From: Akkermansiaceae bacterium
Lineage (GTDB): Bacteria; Verrucomicrobiota; Verrucomicrobiia; Verrucomicrobiales; Akkermansiaceae
NCBI GenBank assembly: GCA_031374665.1
Contig: JANMGO010000038.1
Span: forward strand, 330 to 64,329
Reading direction: 5' to 3'
DNA: 64,000 bases
The notes below the pieces were generated by a model. That model did not search any database, was not told the DNA's origin, and worked only from the letters and a program-made list of their open reading frames with translations. Both the position numbers and the translations under genes were made by a program. Below, in pieces: positions 1 through 9,782 of the stretch; positions within the stretch are counted from its first letter, which is position 1, and every line of letters starts with the position of its first letter.

Positions 1-2356
1 CGGCGGTGGCTTGACCAAGACCGGAGCTGGAACACTTTTGCTTTCAAATACGAATACCTACACCGGTGTCACCACTGTCAGTGCTGGCATTCTGCGAGTC
101 AGCACCCTCGCCAACGCCAGCTCGAACAGCAATCTCGGGGCCTTTGCAGCTGCCGGAGCGGGTGGTATTTCCCTCAACGGCGGCACGCTCCAATACACGG
201 GTGCAAGCGGTGTCTCAGTGGACCGTGGCTTCACTTTGGCCGCCGCCAGCACGATTGACGTGAATCCCGCTAGCACCAGCTTGACTCTTGGCGCATCGTC
301 TCTTGGTGCATTTACACTCAACGTCACAGCCGGCAGCGGCAGCAGCCTCAGCCTCGGTGCACTCACCCTGACGGGCGCGGCAACCCTGAACCCAACCACA
401 GCGAATCTTACCGTCGCCTCGGTCACTGGGACGAATACAAACCTGACGCTCGGTGGCACCTCCACTGGCAACTCGGTTACGAATGCGATCGCCACCGGCA
501 CCGGCACCCTCACCAAGTCCAACATCGGCACCTGGGTGCTCAGCGGGGATAGCAACTCCTTTACTGGAACCACCGCACTCAGCGGGGGAGGCAAGCTGGT
601 TCTCGATTACACCAGCGATACGACCAAGCTCGCCAACGGTGCTGCGCTAACTCTTGGAGGCGGAGAAATTACGCTCCGTGGCGGCAGTCACCTCGAAACG
701 GTTGGCTCGCTGACCATCGGCAACGGTGCTCACACTTCCGTCACCCGCGATGGAGGCACGGCCAAGCTTGCCTTTGGCGTGATGACGAGAGGGCAAAGTG
801 CCGGCGGGACCATGTCGCTCGCCGAAGACAGTCTTGCCACCACAACAACTCCTGTTTTTAGAGGCATCCTGGGAGGTAGTATCACCGTAGGGTCGAACTG
901 GGCGAAAGTGGACGGCTCTAACAATATTATTGCTCTGGTGTCCGGAGATTACACAGCATTGCCCATCACCGCTACGGACGGAGTTTCAAATTATAATATA
1001 TCGGGCTCGCAGACTCATACTGGAACTGCGTCAATGAATACCCTGCGCATTGAAGGAACTGGCATTACCGACCAAACACTGGATTTGGGTACGAACGCCT
1101 TGAATGTATCAACAGTGACAGGCGCCGGCACCCTCACTAACTCCGGTGGCATTCTCTATGCCGGTGGTGGAACTAACAACTACACAATCACGAGTAGTGG
1201 AGCTGTGGGAGGCCAGAACGGCAACCAGGAACTGATCATCCATACCTACACTGGTACCTTGACTCTGGATATGGTTGTCGCAACGGGCTCTTCCGGTTCT
1301 GGCCTGACCAAAGCTGGCGTGGGAAAATTGATTCTCACCAAAGCTGGCACATACACCGGTGCCACATTCGTCAACCAAGGTGTTCTGCAACTTAGGAATA
1401 ATGCGGCAGCCGGCACGACCGGTGCCATCACCGTCCAGAACGGTGCCGCTCTCGAACTCGCAAATACCGTTGCTATTGGAGCCAAGGCTCTGACCCTCAC
1501 CGGCACTGGTATTTCCGATGCTGGCGCCCTGCGCAACGTCGCCAGCAACACCAGCAGCTATGCTGGAGCGATCACCATTGGCGCCGGCGGCGCTCGCATC
1601 AACTCGGATGCCAGCGGCGCGCTGACCCTCACCGGTGGCGTCGTCACTTCCGCCTTCAACGACGTTACCTTCGGTGGAGCAGGTAATACAACCGTCTCGA
1701 CCACAGCGATCAGCGGAGCGGGTGGCCTTGTCAAGGATGGTAACGGCAGCCTCACTCTCAGCATTACCAACACCTATACCGGAGCAACCAACGTAAACGC
1801 TGGCACACTCGTCGTGAACGGTAACATCTCTACCAGTATTCTCACAACCGTCAGTGGCACAGGCACGATAGGCGGTTCAGGAACCGTCGGCGCACTGACG
1901 ATTGCTGCAGGCGGTAACCACAACCCTGGCAACAGCCCGGGCATCATGAACACCGGCAACTACACCATGGCGGGGACTTTGAATATCGAAGCCATCGGCA
2001 ACACTGCTGGCGTTACAGGCTACGACCAAGTGAATGTCACCGGTAATATGAACCTCAGCGGCAACCTCGTCACAGACTTCACTGCAGGCACCTACGCCAA
2101 CGGAAACTTGCTCTTCATCCTTCTCAACGACGGAAGTGACGCCATCACCGGCACCTTCAACGGTTTGGCGCAAGGCGCTGTTGTGACCAACTACGGCGGC
2201 TACGACTGGCAGATCAGTTACGTGGCGAATGCGGGAACCACCAGCTTCACCGGCGGCAATGACGTCGCGCTGATGGCAGTTGTGCCTATCCCCGAGCCTA
2301 GCACCGCGCTCCTTGGTGGACTCAGTGTCCTCCTCCTTTTCCGCCGCCGCAGATAG
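1..2356 (+). CDS. Autotransporter-associated beta-strand repeat protein with C-terminal PEP-CTERM sorting signal (5' end runs off the window)
   Basis: The frame is open back to base 2 (GGG-LTKTGAGTLLLSNTNTYTG...), so the listed start at 11 is only an internal TTG. It has many G-x-GTL-x-L-x(3)-NTYTG-x-T-x-V-x-x-G-x-L repeat units. The C-terminus VPIPEPSTALLGGLSVLLLFRRRR is a PEP motif, a TM helix and an Arg cluster. Confidence 0.85.
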   Translation, partial: GGGLTKTGAGTLLLSNTNTYTGVTTVSAGILRVSTLANASSNSNLGAFAAAGAGGISLNGGTLQYTGASGVSVDRGFTLAAASTIDVNPASTSLTLGASSLGAFTLNVTAGSGSSLSLGALTLTGAATLNPTTANLTVASVTGTNTNLTLGGTSTGNSVTNAIATGTGTLTKSNIGTWVLSGDSNSFTGTTALSGGGKLVLDYTSDTTKLANGAALTLGGGEITLRGGSHLETVGSLTIGNGAHTSVTRDGGTAKLAFGVMTRGQSAGGTMSLAEDSLATTTTPVFRGILGGSITVGSNWAKVDGSNNIIALVSGDYTALPITATDGVSNYNISGSQTHTGTASMNTLRIEGTGITDQTLDLGTNALNVSTVTGAGTLTNSGGILYAGGGTNNYTITSSGAVGGQNGNQELIIHTYTGTLTLDMVVATGSSGSGLTKAGVGKLILTKAGTYTGATFVNQGVLQLRNNAAAGTTGAITVQNGAALELANTVAIGAKALTLTGTGISDAGALRNVASNTSSYAGAITIGAGGARINSDASGALTLTGGVVTSAFNDVTFGGAGNTTVSTTAISGAGGLVKDGNGSLTLSITNTYTGATNVNAGTLVVNGNISTSILTTVSGTGTIGGSGTVGALTIAAGGNHNPGNSPGIMNTGNYTMAGTLNIEAIGNTAGVTGYDQVNVTGNMNLSGNLVTDFTAGTYANGNLLFILLNDGSDAITGTFNGLAQGAVVTNYGGYDWQISYVANAGTTSFTGGNDVALMAVVPIPEPSTALLGGLSVLLLFRRRR

Positions 2357-2565
2357 CCCGGCGGATCTGGCTGGTCCGCCGACTTCTCACCTGAGCATAA
2401 ACTTATAACTTAAAACGAAAATGATACGCGCTTTGGGTTTCGCTGCCTCAAACACAACGCCTTTTTACCGCCATGCGGCGGATCCGTGGGCTTGCCTGGC
2501 GGTCCCCACTGCCCGTTTTAAGCTCAAAAACCGATATTCTTCTTCCGCCTCAAATCATCCAATCC

Positions 2566-5500
2566 ATGACACAGATTCTTCCCGCGCTCATTTGCCTCGG
2601 CCTTGCCGCGACGTTCGCCTCGGCCCAAACCTCCTTCTACGCCCAGCCCCCGTTGTTTTCCTACAGCCCGGATGAGACGAAGTCGTTGACCCCCATCAAG
2701 TACCTCGGCGCGGTCGGCATGGGCATTGATCTGATCCAGCCAGCTTTCCGGATGCAAATCAACCTCATCGAGGAGGGCTCGCCTGCCGCCGCCACCGGCA
2801 AGCTCAAAGTCGGACAGATGATCGAATCGATCAATGGCCAAAAGCTTAAAGACATCGACCCGCGCATGCAGCTCGGCCAGATCATTGAGAAAGCCGAAGC
2901 CACAGATGGCATCGTCCAGTTCGCCATTGAAGGTGAGACCGCGCCGGTCATCGTGAAAATCGCAGTCCTCGGTGCCTACAGCCCGACCTGGCCGCTGAAC
3001 TGCAAGAAGTCGGACAAGATCGTCCGAGGCCTCGCCGAGTATCTCAAAAAACCCGGAACCGACAAAGGCTTCGCCGACATCGGCATGCTTTTCCTTCTTT
3101 CTACCGGCGAGGAGCAGGACCTCGAAACCGTGAAAAACTGGGCGCGCGAAGTCAAACCCGTGGGCATCACCTGGACCTTCGGCTATGGCGGCATCGGTCT
3201 TTGCGAATACTACCTCCGCACCGGCGACAAGGAAGCTTTAGACAATGTCCAGGCGTGGGCGGATAAAATCGTCGCCACCCAGTACCTCGACGCTTGGGCG
3301 CCGCGCATGGGACCACCCGGGATCACCTACGGCAACGGCCACCTCAATGCCTCCTCCACCCACATGCTCACCGTGCTGCTTCTCGCCAAGGAGTGCGGCG
3401 CGGAAATCCCCGACCGCGCCCTGCTCGGCGCACTCCGCCATTTCTATCGCCTCGCCGGCCACGGCAACAATCCCTACGGCGACGGCGTTCCCGAGGACGG
3501 CTTCGTCGATAATGGCAAAAACGGCCTGCTCGCCTTCGCCATGGCCGCCGCAGCCACGCTCACGCCCGATGGCGAAAACTCGCTCTACGCCAAAGCCCGC
3601 GATGTGATGGCCATGACCAGCTTCTACAACACGCCCTTCATGCTCCGCGGTCACACTGGCGGCGGCATCGGCGAGATCTGGCGCAGCTCCGCCATGGGCT
3701 TGCTCGATGGCAAGCGCCCCCACCACTACCGCGAGTTCATGGATCAACGGAAATGGCACTACGACATGTCCCGCCGCTTCGATGGTTCGTTAGCAATCCT
3801 CGATGGCGAAGGCTACGATCATGTAAAATGGGGCACGCCCTATGCCCTCACTTACACCGTGCCGCGCAAAACCCTCCGCATCACCGGCGCGCCGCCCAGC
3901 AAGTTCTCGAAACCCTATCAACTCCCAAAACTCATCTGGGGCACCGAGGCCGACGCGGAATTTCTCTCGCTCGATCCCGTCACGGATCCCTCAGGCCAGA
4001 CGCCCGATCATTCGAAGGAAACGATTGCCGCGGATGCCTCCATGGCACTCATCCGCCAACTCCCGAAATGGACCGAAAAGGAGATCCGCTACTACCTCCA
4101 CCATCAGGATCACAACGTCCGCCACATCGCCGCCGGCCGCCTGATGGAACTTCCTAACAAGGATAAACTCGCCGTCGAACTCCTCCATCACCCGTCCGCC
4201 CGCATCCGCCGCGCCATCTTCGCGGAATACGCCAACGTCAAGAAAGCCCTGCCCGTCACCCGCGAAGTGTTCGACCTCGCGATCCAAGCACTTGCCGACC
4301 CCAAGGAATCCCTCTGGGTCCGCGAGGGAGCTATGGGCACCATCGCCCGCGGCAAAACCGAATGGCTCAGCCCCCAAGTCGACCTCATCCTGTCCTATCT
4401 CAAAAACGAAGATTCGTGGCTCCAGCGCGGCGCCTTGTTCGCGCTCACTCCGCTCATCGCGGAACCGGGCACCTATCAAAAAGTCCTCCCCGCCGTCGGC
4501 GAAGTTCTCCGCACCAACCAACGCGCGTCGATCACCGTCGGCCTCATGCCCGCCATGAGAGCAAACCTCAGCGCCGCCAGCCCGGCCGTGCAACAACTTG
4601 CCGTCGCCATCCTCAAGGAAAGCTACCTCGGCTATGCCGGCGTGGACACCGCTCCCGGCGGCTTCAATATTGCCAGCGTGAAAGCCGGTCACCTCACCGC
4701 CCTGGCGGCATCTCTCAAGGACGTTCCCGGCGGCATCGACGTGCTCTATCAGATATCCCGCGAGAAATTCCCGGACCAGACCCTGCCTTACCGGGAAATG
4801 ATCCTCACCGCCGACCCCGCCAGCATGGGAGCGGAACTCAGGAAGGTCATCCCGCCTCTCGTCATGGACGAACTCATTCCCGAATACGTCGGTAAAAACT
4901 GGGCCAGACTCCAGGACGCCATCGCTAACAAAACACAAGCTTTCACCGCCGGTGCTCCGGGCGATGCCATCCAGGATCTCGTTGCCCTCTATGCACGTGC
5001 CGGCGATTCCGAATACAACTGGAAGATGTTCGACGATCTCCGCAACGCCGAGTGGAACTACCACAGCTTCGATCCCATCGCCGCCGAACAGGTGCCCTTC
5101 GACCAGCTCATCACCCGCTACCGCAAAGTCACCCTGCCTAAGGGCATGGAAAATTGGTTTGCCCCGGAATTCGATCCCGTCAAAGCTGGTTGGAAACGCG
5201 GCAAGAGCCCCTTCGGTCATCTCGCCGGAAAACTCCCCGACAAGCAGATCATGAAATGCGATGCGAATGCCTGTGTCGGCCCGTCCTGCTGGGGAGCCAC
5301 TCCCATCAACACGTTATGGGAAAAGGAAGTTCTGCTTCTCCACGGCACCTTCAAGGTTCCGGCGCTCCAATCCGGCCACCGCTACCGCATCCGGGTCAAC
5401 GATGGCAACCACGTCGGCAGCGGCGGGGGACACATCATCTACATCAACGGCAAACCCCTCGCCGAAATGGACGTGTGCTACGGCCGCGGCTCCGGCGACA

Positions 5501-6123
5501 TACCCAAGGGATCCTTCATCACCGCCGATTTCCTCAAGGATTTCCAGGGCCAAGATGTCCACATCGCCCTCAAGACCTTCCTGCGTTACAACGACAAATA
5601 CGCCAGCAAGCCCACCAGCAAGATCTCCCAGGGCAAGATAAGCATCCACCTTGAGGAGCAAAAACTCCCGCCGATGGGCGACGACCTCCGCCGTAAATCT
5701 GCTGCGATCATCCCGATGATCAGCTCGCAATGGCAGGCACTCTTCGACCCGGAAAGCAACGAACTGTCCGACGGCGAAGGAATGTTCCGCTGGGACGGTA
5801 AATTCACGCCCAACACCGCCATCACCGGTTCATGGAAACTCGTCGGCCAAGTCGCTGAAATCAGCGCCTTCGATCCCGCCAAAAAATCTCCAGCCATCAG
5901 ACCTCTGCTCTCGGCTATCACATTCAACAACGATGGGACTACCACGGATTCCGCATGGCTCTGGTCCGGTGACACGCTCATGGACCTCACCCGTTTTCAA
6001 GTCATGAAGATGGCCACCAAGGAAATCGACGGCAAAAACCACCTCTTCATCGAGTCCGGTGGCTTCGGCCCGAAAAACCCGCTCGGCTGGAAACCTACCC
6101 TCCTCGTCTTTCAACCCCAATAA
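2566..6123 (+). CDS. Secreted PDZ / alpha-alpha-toroid-like / HEAT-repeat protein, paralogue 1, with extra C-terminal beta-rich modules; function unknown
   Basis: This is the 1216-aa ORF. I place the start at Met32 (ATG 2566), which gives a signal peptide MTQILPALICLGLAATFASAQ. There is a PDZ-like unit (IEEGSPAAATGKLKVGQMIESINGQKL). Motifs shared with 6169-8508 and 9783-13619 include VLGAYSPTWPLNCKKSD and CEYYLRTGD. HEAT-like repeats follow (HNVRHIAAGRLMEL, SARIRRAIFAEY, SWLQRGALFAL). Confidence 0.8.
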   Translation: MTQILPALICLGLAATFASAQTSFYAQPPLFSYSPDETKSLTPIKYLGAVGMGIDLIQPAFRMQINLIEEGSPAAATGKLKVGQMIESINGQKLKDIDPRMQLGQIIEKAEATDGIVQFAIEGETAPVIVKIAVLGAYSPTWPLNCKKSDKIVRGLAEYLKKPGTDKGFADIGMLFLLSTGEEQDLETVKNWAREVKPVGITWTFGYGGIGLCEYYLRTGDKEALDNVQAWADKIVATQYLDAWAPRMGPPGITYGNGHLNASSTHMLTVLLLAKECGAEIPDRALLGALRHFYRLAGHGNNPYGDGVPEDGFVDNGKNGLLAFAMAAAATLTPDGENSLYAKARDVMAMTSFYNTPFMLRGHTGGGIGEIWRSSAMGLLDGKRPHHYREFMDQRKWHYDMSRRFDGSLAILDGEGYDHVKWGTPYALTYTVPRKTLRITGAPPSKFSKPYQLPKLIWGTEADAEFLSLDPVTDPSGQTPDHSKETIAADASMALIRQLPKWTEKEIRYYLHHQDHNVRHIAAGRLMELPNKDKLAVELLHHPSARIRRAIFAEYANVKKALPVTREVFDLAIQALADPKESLWVREGAMGTIARGKTEWLSPQVDLILSYLKNEDSWLQRGALFALTPLIAEPGTYQKVLPAVGEVLRTNQRASITVGLMPAMRANLSAASPAVQQLAVAILKESYLGYAGVDTAPGGFNIASVKAGHLTALAASLKDVPGGIDVLYQISREKFPDQTLPYREMILTADPASMGAELRKVIPPLVMDELIPEYVGKNWARLQDAIANKTQAFTAGAPGDAIQDLVALYARAGDSEYNWKMFDDLRNAEWNYHSFDPIAAEQVPFDQLITRYRKVTLPKGMENWFAPEFDPVKAGWKRGKSPFGHLAGKLPDKQIMKCDANACVGPSCWGATPINTLWEKEVLLLHGTFKVPALQSGHRYRIRVNDGNHVGSGGGHIIYINGKPLAEMDVCYGRGSGDIPKGSFITADFLKDFQGQDVHIALKTFLRYNDKYASKPTSKISQGKISIHLEEQKLPPMGDDLRRKSAAIIPMISSQWQALFDPESNELSDGEGMFRWDGKFTPNTAITGSWKLVGQVAEISAFDPAKKSPAIRPLLSAITFNNDGTTTDSAWLWSGDTLMDLTRFQVMKMATKEIDGKNHLFIESGGFGPKNPLGWKPTLLVFQPQ

Positions 6124-6168
6124 CGAAGCGGGGGCTAAAAAATCTCTAACAAAAATTTCCACTCCTTT

Positions 6169-8508
6169 ATGAAAACCCGAAAATTTCTCCGGCATCTCCA
6201 AGCATACGGGTCACCGTTGCATGCGGTCATTGTGGTGCTGACGGTAGTGCTCATTACGTCTTCCATGACATTTGCCGCGAAGCCAGCGCCACCCACGGGT
6301 TGGCATCTGGGGCCGTCGGGATTATTCGGCAAGCTCGGCAAGACAGACATCACGGTGACTTATGTCACTGAGGGTTCGCCTGCGGTTGGGAAAATTAATG
6401 TGGGGGACGTGATCGTGTCCGCCGCAGGAAAAAAATTCGAAGGGGACATTCGTAAGCAGTTTGCAGAAGCCATCAACACCGCCGAGGCTGCTGCCGATGG
6501 GTCATTGGTTCTTCAACTCAAGGACGGCAAAGATGTTAGTCTAACACTTCAAAAGCTGGGTGCCTACAGCGCTACCGCGCCGTATGATTGTAAAAAGTCC
6601 GATGCCATTATTGCGAATGCGGCCGAACACATCGTGAAGAGCAAGGATTACGGTCGATACGGATTTGGATTGATGGGTTTGATGGCAACCGGCGAAGCAT
6701 CCCATCTCGAAGTGGTCAAATCCGCGATTCACGAACTGGATTGGGCCAAGCCGGATGTAGAGCTGACCTTGGGGCCTGCCGGTAGCGCTTGGGCTTATGG
6801 CTATCAGAACATCTTGTTGTGCGAATACTATTTGCGCACAAATGACGCCTACGTGTTGCCTGCGATAAAGAAGTTTACGGTGACGCTTGCCAAGGGACGG
6901 GATGCGGCAGGTCTATGGGGACATCGAATGGCGGATCCGGAGGCAAATCGCGGGCAGTTGCACGGCAGGTTGTATGGCTACGCGGTAATGAATTCATCCA
7001 GTTTACCTTGCTACATCTCATTGTTGTTAGCTCAAAAATGTGGCGTCAAAGATCCGGAGCTTACGGCGGCAATTGAGCAGGGCCATACGTTCTACGGCAG
7101 TTTTGTCGGCAAGGGAACCTTGCCCTATGGAGTGCATGATCCGAATTCTAAATCGTTCAACAACAATGGCATGAGTGGCATGGCGGCCGTCGCGCTCTCG
7201 CTTGCAGAGGACAAGCCAGGCGCGGCATTTTTCTCGCGGATGTCATTGGCATCCACCAACACCATGGAAACGGGTCATACCGGTCATTTTTTCAACCAGC
7301 TATGGACGGGTCCTGGTGCCGGACTTGCTGGGCCGAGTGCAACGAAGGTTTTTTTCAAAGAAACGATCTGGCTTCACACGCTCAATCGCAAATGGGACGG
7401 AGGTTTCACTTATGATAGTGGGGAAGGGTATTCGTATAGCGGATTCAACGATGCTGCATCTCATTTACTGAACTATTGCGTCCCCCGTCACCAACTCTAC
7501 ATCAATGGGAAAGGCGCGGATAAATCGATATTCCTGTCTGCGGAGGCCGCTCAAAAAACCGCAGGTCTTGCGACATTGGATGTCAAAAAGCTCAGCGATG
7601 ATGAGTTGTTAGCCATGTTAGATCATGAGATGCCGAAAGTGCGGCAGGAGGCTGTATGGCAACTCCGCGGAAGGCCTCACAAATTCGTCAATGACGTGGT
7701 CAAAATGCTGACGCATGGCACCGACTTGCAGCGCAAGAGCGCCATCGAGTATTTCGGATACAAGTGCCCACCTGAGCAAGTCAGCTTGGCAACCGAAGCA
7801 TTGGCTGCGCTCCTGAAAGACAGCAAGCAAGAGATGTCGATGAGGGCGGATATCGCAGGTGCGCTCGCTTGTTTGGGTGCGGGAGCTTATCCGTATTACC
7901 CAGATTTGTTGAAGTTTGTGTTAGAGAAAAAACCTGAGGATAGGCTCGGTGAAATTGATCTAAAATTGGGCCGCGCTTTGACGACTATGTGCGCTGATCC
8001 GTATGCCGCTGGATTGGTGAAGGACAAAGAGTTGTTTTACGCTGCGGCAAACAAGTTGATGGCCCACAAGCGGGCCTATGGCCGTTCGACGGGTGTCAAA
8101 ATGATTTCAGCGGTGCCGCTGGAAGATTTTCATTGGGTGGCGGACAGCGTCAAGATCATCATGGACGATCAGGAGCTCACCTACACAAGCTACCACAATT
8201 TCGATCCCAAGATCGAATCGGTCGGCATTTACGCCCGTTTGAACATTCAAGGTGGTATTGAAGCCGCGTTGGCCGCATTCGATGTAGAGACGGGCAAAGG
8301 TGCATTCAAAATCCGGATGCTGATGAGTGTGCTTCCCGTCTATGGAGCAAACGCTAAATATATCCTCCCGCAAGTGAAGGAGATCAATCCCGGAAAATTC
8401 AAAGGCCAATGGGACAAGATCATCGCTGATATTGAAAAAGCAGATCCCGTAGCTGCAAAGAAGTTACTCACCTTCGAAGAAGCAAAAAACTTTGGTAAGG
8501 GGAAGTGA
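6169..8508 (+). CDS. Secreted PDZ / alpha-alpha-toroid-like / HEAT-repeat protein, paralogue 2; function unknown
   Basis: 779-aa ORF with an N-terminal hydrophobic signal or anchor. It has a PDZ-like unit (VTEGSPAVGKINVGDVIVSAAGKKF), the shared motifs KLGAYSATAPYDCKKSD, CEYYLRTND, LLLAQKCGV, NNNGMSG, GHTGHF and WDGGFTYD, and C-terminal HEAT-like repeats (MPKVRQEAVWQLRG, LQRKSAIEYFG). Confidence 0.8.
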   Translation: MKTRKFLRHLQAYGSPLHAVIVVLTVVLITSSMTFAAKPAPPTGWHLGPSGLFGKLGKTDITVTYVTEGSPAVGKINVGDVIVSAAGKKFEGDIRKQFAEAINTAEAAADGSLVLQLKDGKDVSLTLQKLGAYSATAPYDCKKSDAIIANAAEHIVKSKDYGRYGFGLMGLMATGEASHLEVVKSAIHELDWAKPDVELTLGPAGSAWAYGYQNILLCEYYLRTNDAYVLPAIKKFTVTLAKGRDAAGLWGHRMADPEANRGQLHGRLYGYAVMNSSSLPCYISLLLAQKCGVKDPELTAAIEQGHTFYGSFVGKGTLPYGVHDPNSKSFNNNGMSGMAAVALSLAEDKPGAAFFSRMSLASTNTMETGHTGHFFNQLWTGPGAGLAGPSATKVFFKETIWLHTLNRKWDGGFTYDSGEGYSYSGFNDAASHLLNYCVPRHQLYINGKGADKSIFLSAEAAQKTAGLATLDVKKLSDDELLAMLDHEMPKVRQEAVWQLRGRPHKFVNDVVKMLTHGTDLQRKSAIEYFGYKCPPEQVSLATEALAALLKDSKQEMSMRADIAGALACLGAGAYPYYPDLLKFVLEKKPEDRLGEIDLKLGRALTTMCADPYAAGLVKDKELFYAAANKLMAHKRAYGRSTGVKMISAVPLEDFHWVADSVKIIMDDQELTYTSYHNFDPKIESVGIYARLNIQGGIEAALAAFDVETGKGAFKIRMLMSVLPVYGANAKYILPQVKEINPGKFKGQWDKIIADIEKADPVAAKKLLTFEEAKNFGKGK

Positions 8509-8614
8509 CAGAGCCACCGACAAACGGCGTATCTCTGCATCACATAAAAATAATCCAGTCCTTATAAAAATCTCTGACACATTGAGCACATCCACTATAA
8601 AAACTTCTAACATC

Positions 8615-9772
8615 ATGAAATTCCCCATCCTTTTCGGCATCGCTGCCATGACGTTTGTCACCTCGATCGAGGCCAAACCACTTAAAGTTTTCATCCTCGC
8701 CGGCCAGTCCAATATGGAGGGTCATGCAGAAAGCTATACTTTCCCCTACATTGCCAAGGATCCGAATACAGCTGACCTCTACAAGCAGATGGTGGATGCT
8801 GATGGCAAACCGGTGGTCTGCAAGGACGTTTGGATTTCCTACGCTTACGGCGATTTCGGCGGCAATCCAGTCGGCCGCAAGGCAGGCAATCTAACTGCGG
8901 GTTGGGGCAGCCAGCATCACAACATTTGCAAGATTGGGCCCGAGTTCACCTTTGGCATCACGATGCAAAAGCAATTGGGCGAGCCTATCCTTCTGATCAA
9001 GAACGCTTGGGGCGGCAAGAGCCTGCTGGTTGATTTCCGTCCACCCAGCGCCGGTGAACCGACCGATCCGAAGCATAAGGAAAACGCAGGCAAGGCTTAC
9101 CGAGAAATGATGTCGCACGTGAAGGACGTGCTGGCGGATCCCAAAAAGGTCTATCCGGATTATGATCCGAAGGAGGGCTTTGAGATTGCAGGCTTCGTCT
9201 GGTTCCAAGGATTCAATGACCTCGTGGGTCCTTATCCCGGCGACCCGAACAAAAAGGGCTGCAAGGACTACACCGAGTATAGCCGTTTGTTGGCATGCCT
9301 CATCCGTGATTTGCGCAAAGAACTCAACACACCGAAGATGCCTTTCGTCACAGGTGTCATCGGCGTGGGCGGAGAAACGACAGGCGACGGCACCGAGTCC
9401 TTCCGCAATGCGATGGCAGCGCCGGGAGAGATGGATGAATTCAAGGGCACTGTGGCCAACGTTTACACCCACAAGTTCTGGCCTTACGACATCGACGCGG
9501 CAAAGCTTAAGCTGGCCGCAGCCACCGCCGAGTTGAGTAAACAAAACAACGTGCTCAAAATGCGTGCTAAGAAGGGCGAGGACGTCAAGGAGGAGAGCGC
9601 CAAACTTGGCGCCGAGATAGCAGAGGTCAGCGCTAAGGCACTCACCGAGGACGAGAAGCTTCTGATTAAAACCGGCGCCTCGAATCAAGGGTTCCACTAC
9701 TACGGTTCCGGGAAGTTTTTCGCTCAAGCCGGCAAAGCCTTCGCGGAGGCTTTGTTAGATTTAAAGAAATAA
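8615..9772 (+). CDS. SASA-domain (sialate O-acetylesterase-like, SGNH-type) carbohydrate esterase, secreted
   Basis: ATG at 8615 gives the signal peptide MKFPILFGIAAMTFVTSIEA. The family-typical block KVFILAGQSNMEGH lies directly after it. Further blocks are KNAWGGKSL, VWFQGFNDL and a late GFHYYG. A Lys/Glu/Ala-rich helical stretch (AAKLKLAAATAELSKQ...EIAEVSAKAL) lies before the last block. Confidence 0.75.
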   Translation: MKFPILFGIAAMTFVTSIEAKPLKVFILAGQSNMEGHAESYTFPYIAKDPNTADLYKQMVDADGKPVVCKDVWISYAYGDFGGNPVGRKAGNLTAGWGSQHHNICKIGPEFTFGITMQKQLGEPILLIKNAWGGKSLLVDFRPPSAGEPTDPKHKENAGKAYREMMSHVKDVLADPKKVYPDYDPKEGFEIAGFVWFQGFNDLVGPYPGDPNKKGCKDYTEYSRLLACLIRDLRKELNTPKMPFVTGVIGVGGETTGDGTESFRNAMAAPGEMDEFKGTVANVYTHKFWPYDIDAAKLKLAAATAELSKQNNVLKMRAKKGEDVKEESAKLGAEIAEVSAKALTEDEKLLIKTGASNQGFHYYGSGKFFAQAGKAFAEALLDLKK

Positions 9773-9782
9773 CTCGAGACTC

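Noticed and set aside
3991-5220. 409-aa minus-strand ORF, plus many 60-170-aa Arg/Pro/Ala-rich ORFs, inside 2566-6123
   Set aside because: They are antisense or off-frame products of a GC-rich gene. They have low-complexity composition, no starts with plausible context and no motifs. The plus-strand frame carries the paralogue-conserved motifs.
8891-9727. 278-aa minus-strand ORF inside the esterase gene. Similar long antisense ORFs occur at 30668-31360, 37495-38262, 21678-22286 and 45552-46154
   Set aside because: All are antisense to genes with clear family motifs. None has a recognisable domain or a sensible start context.
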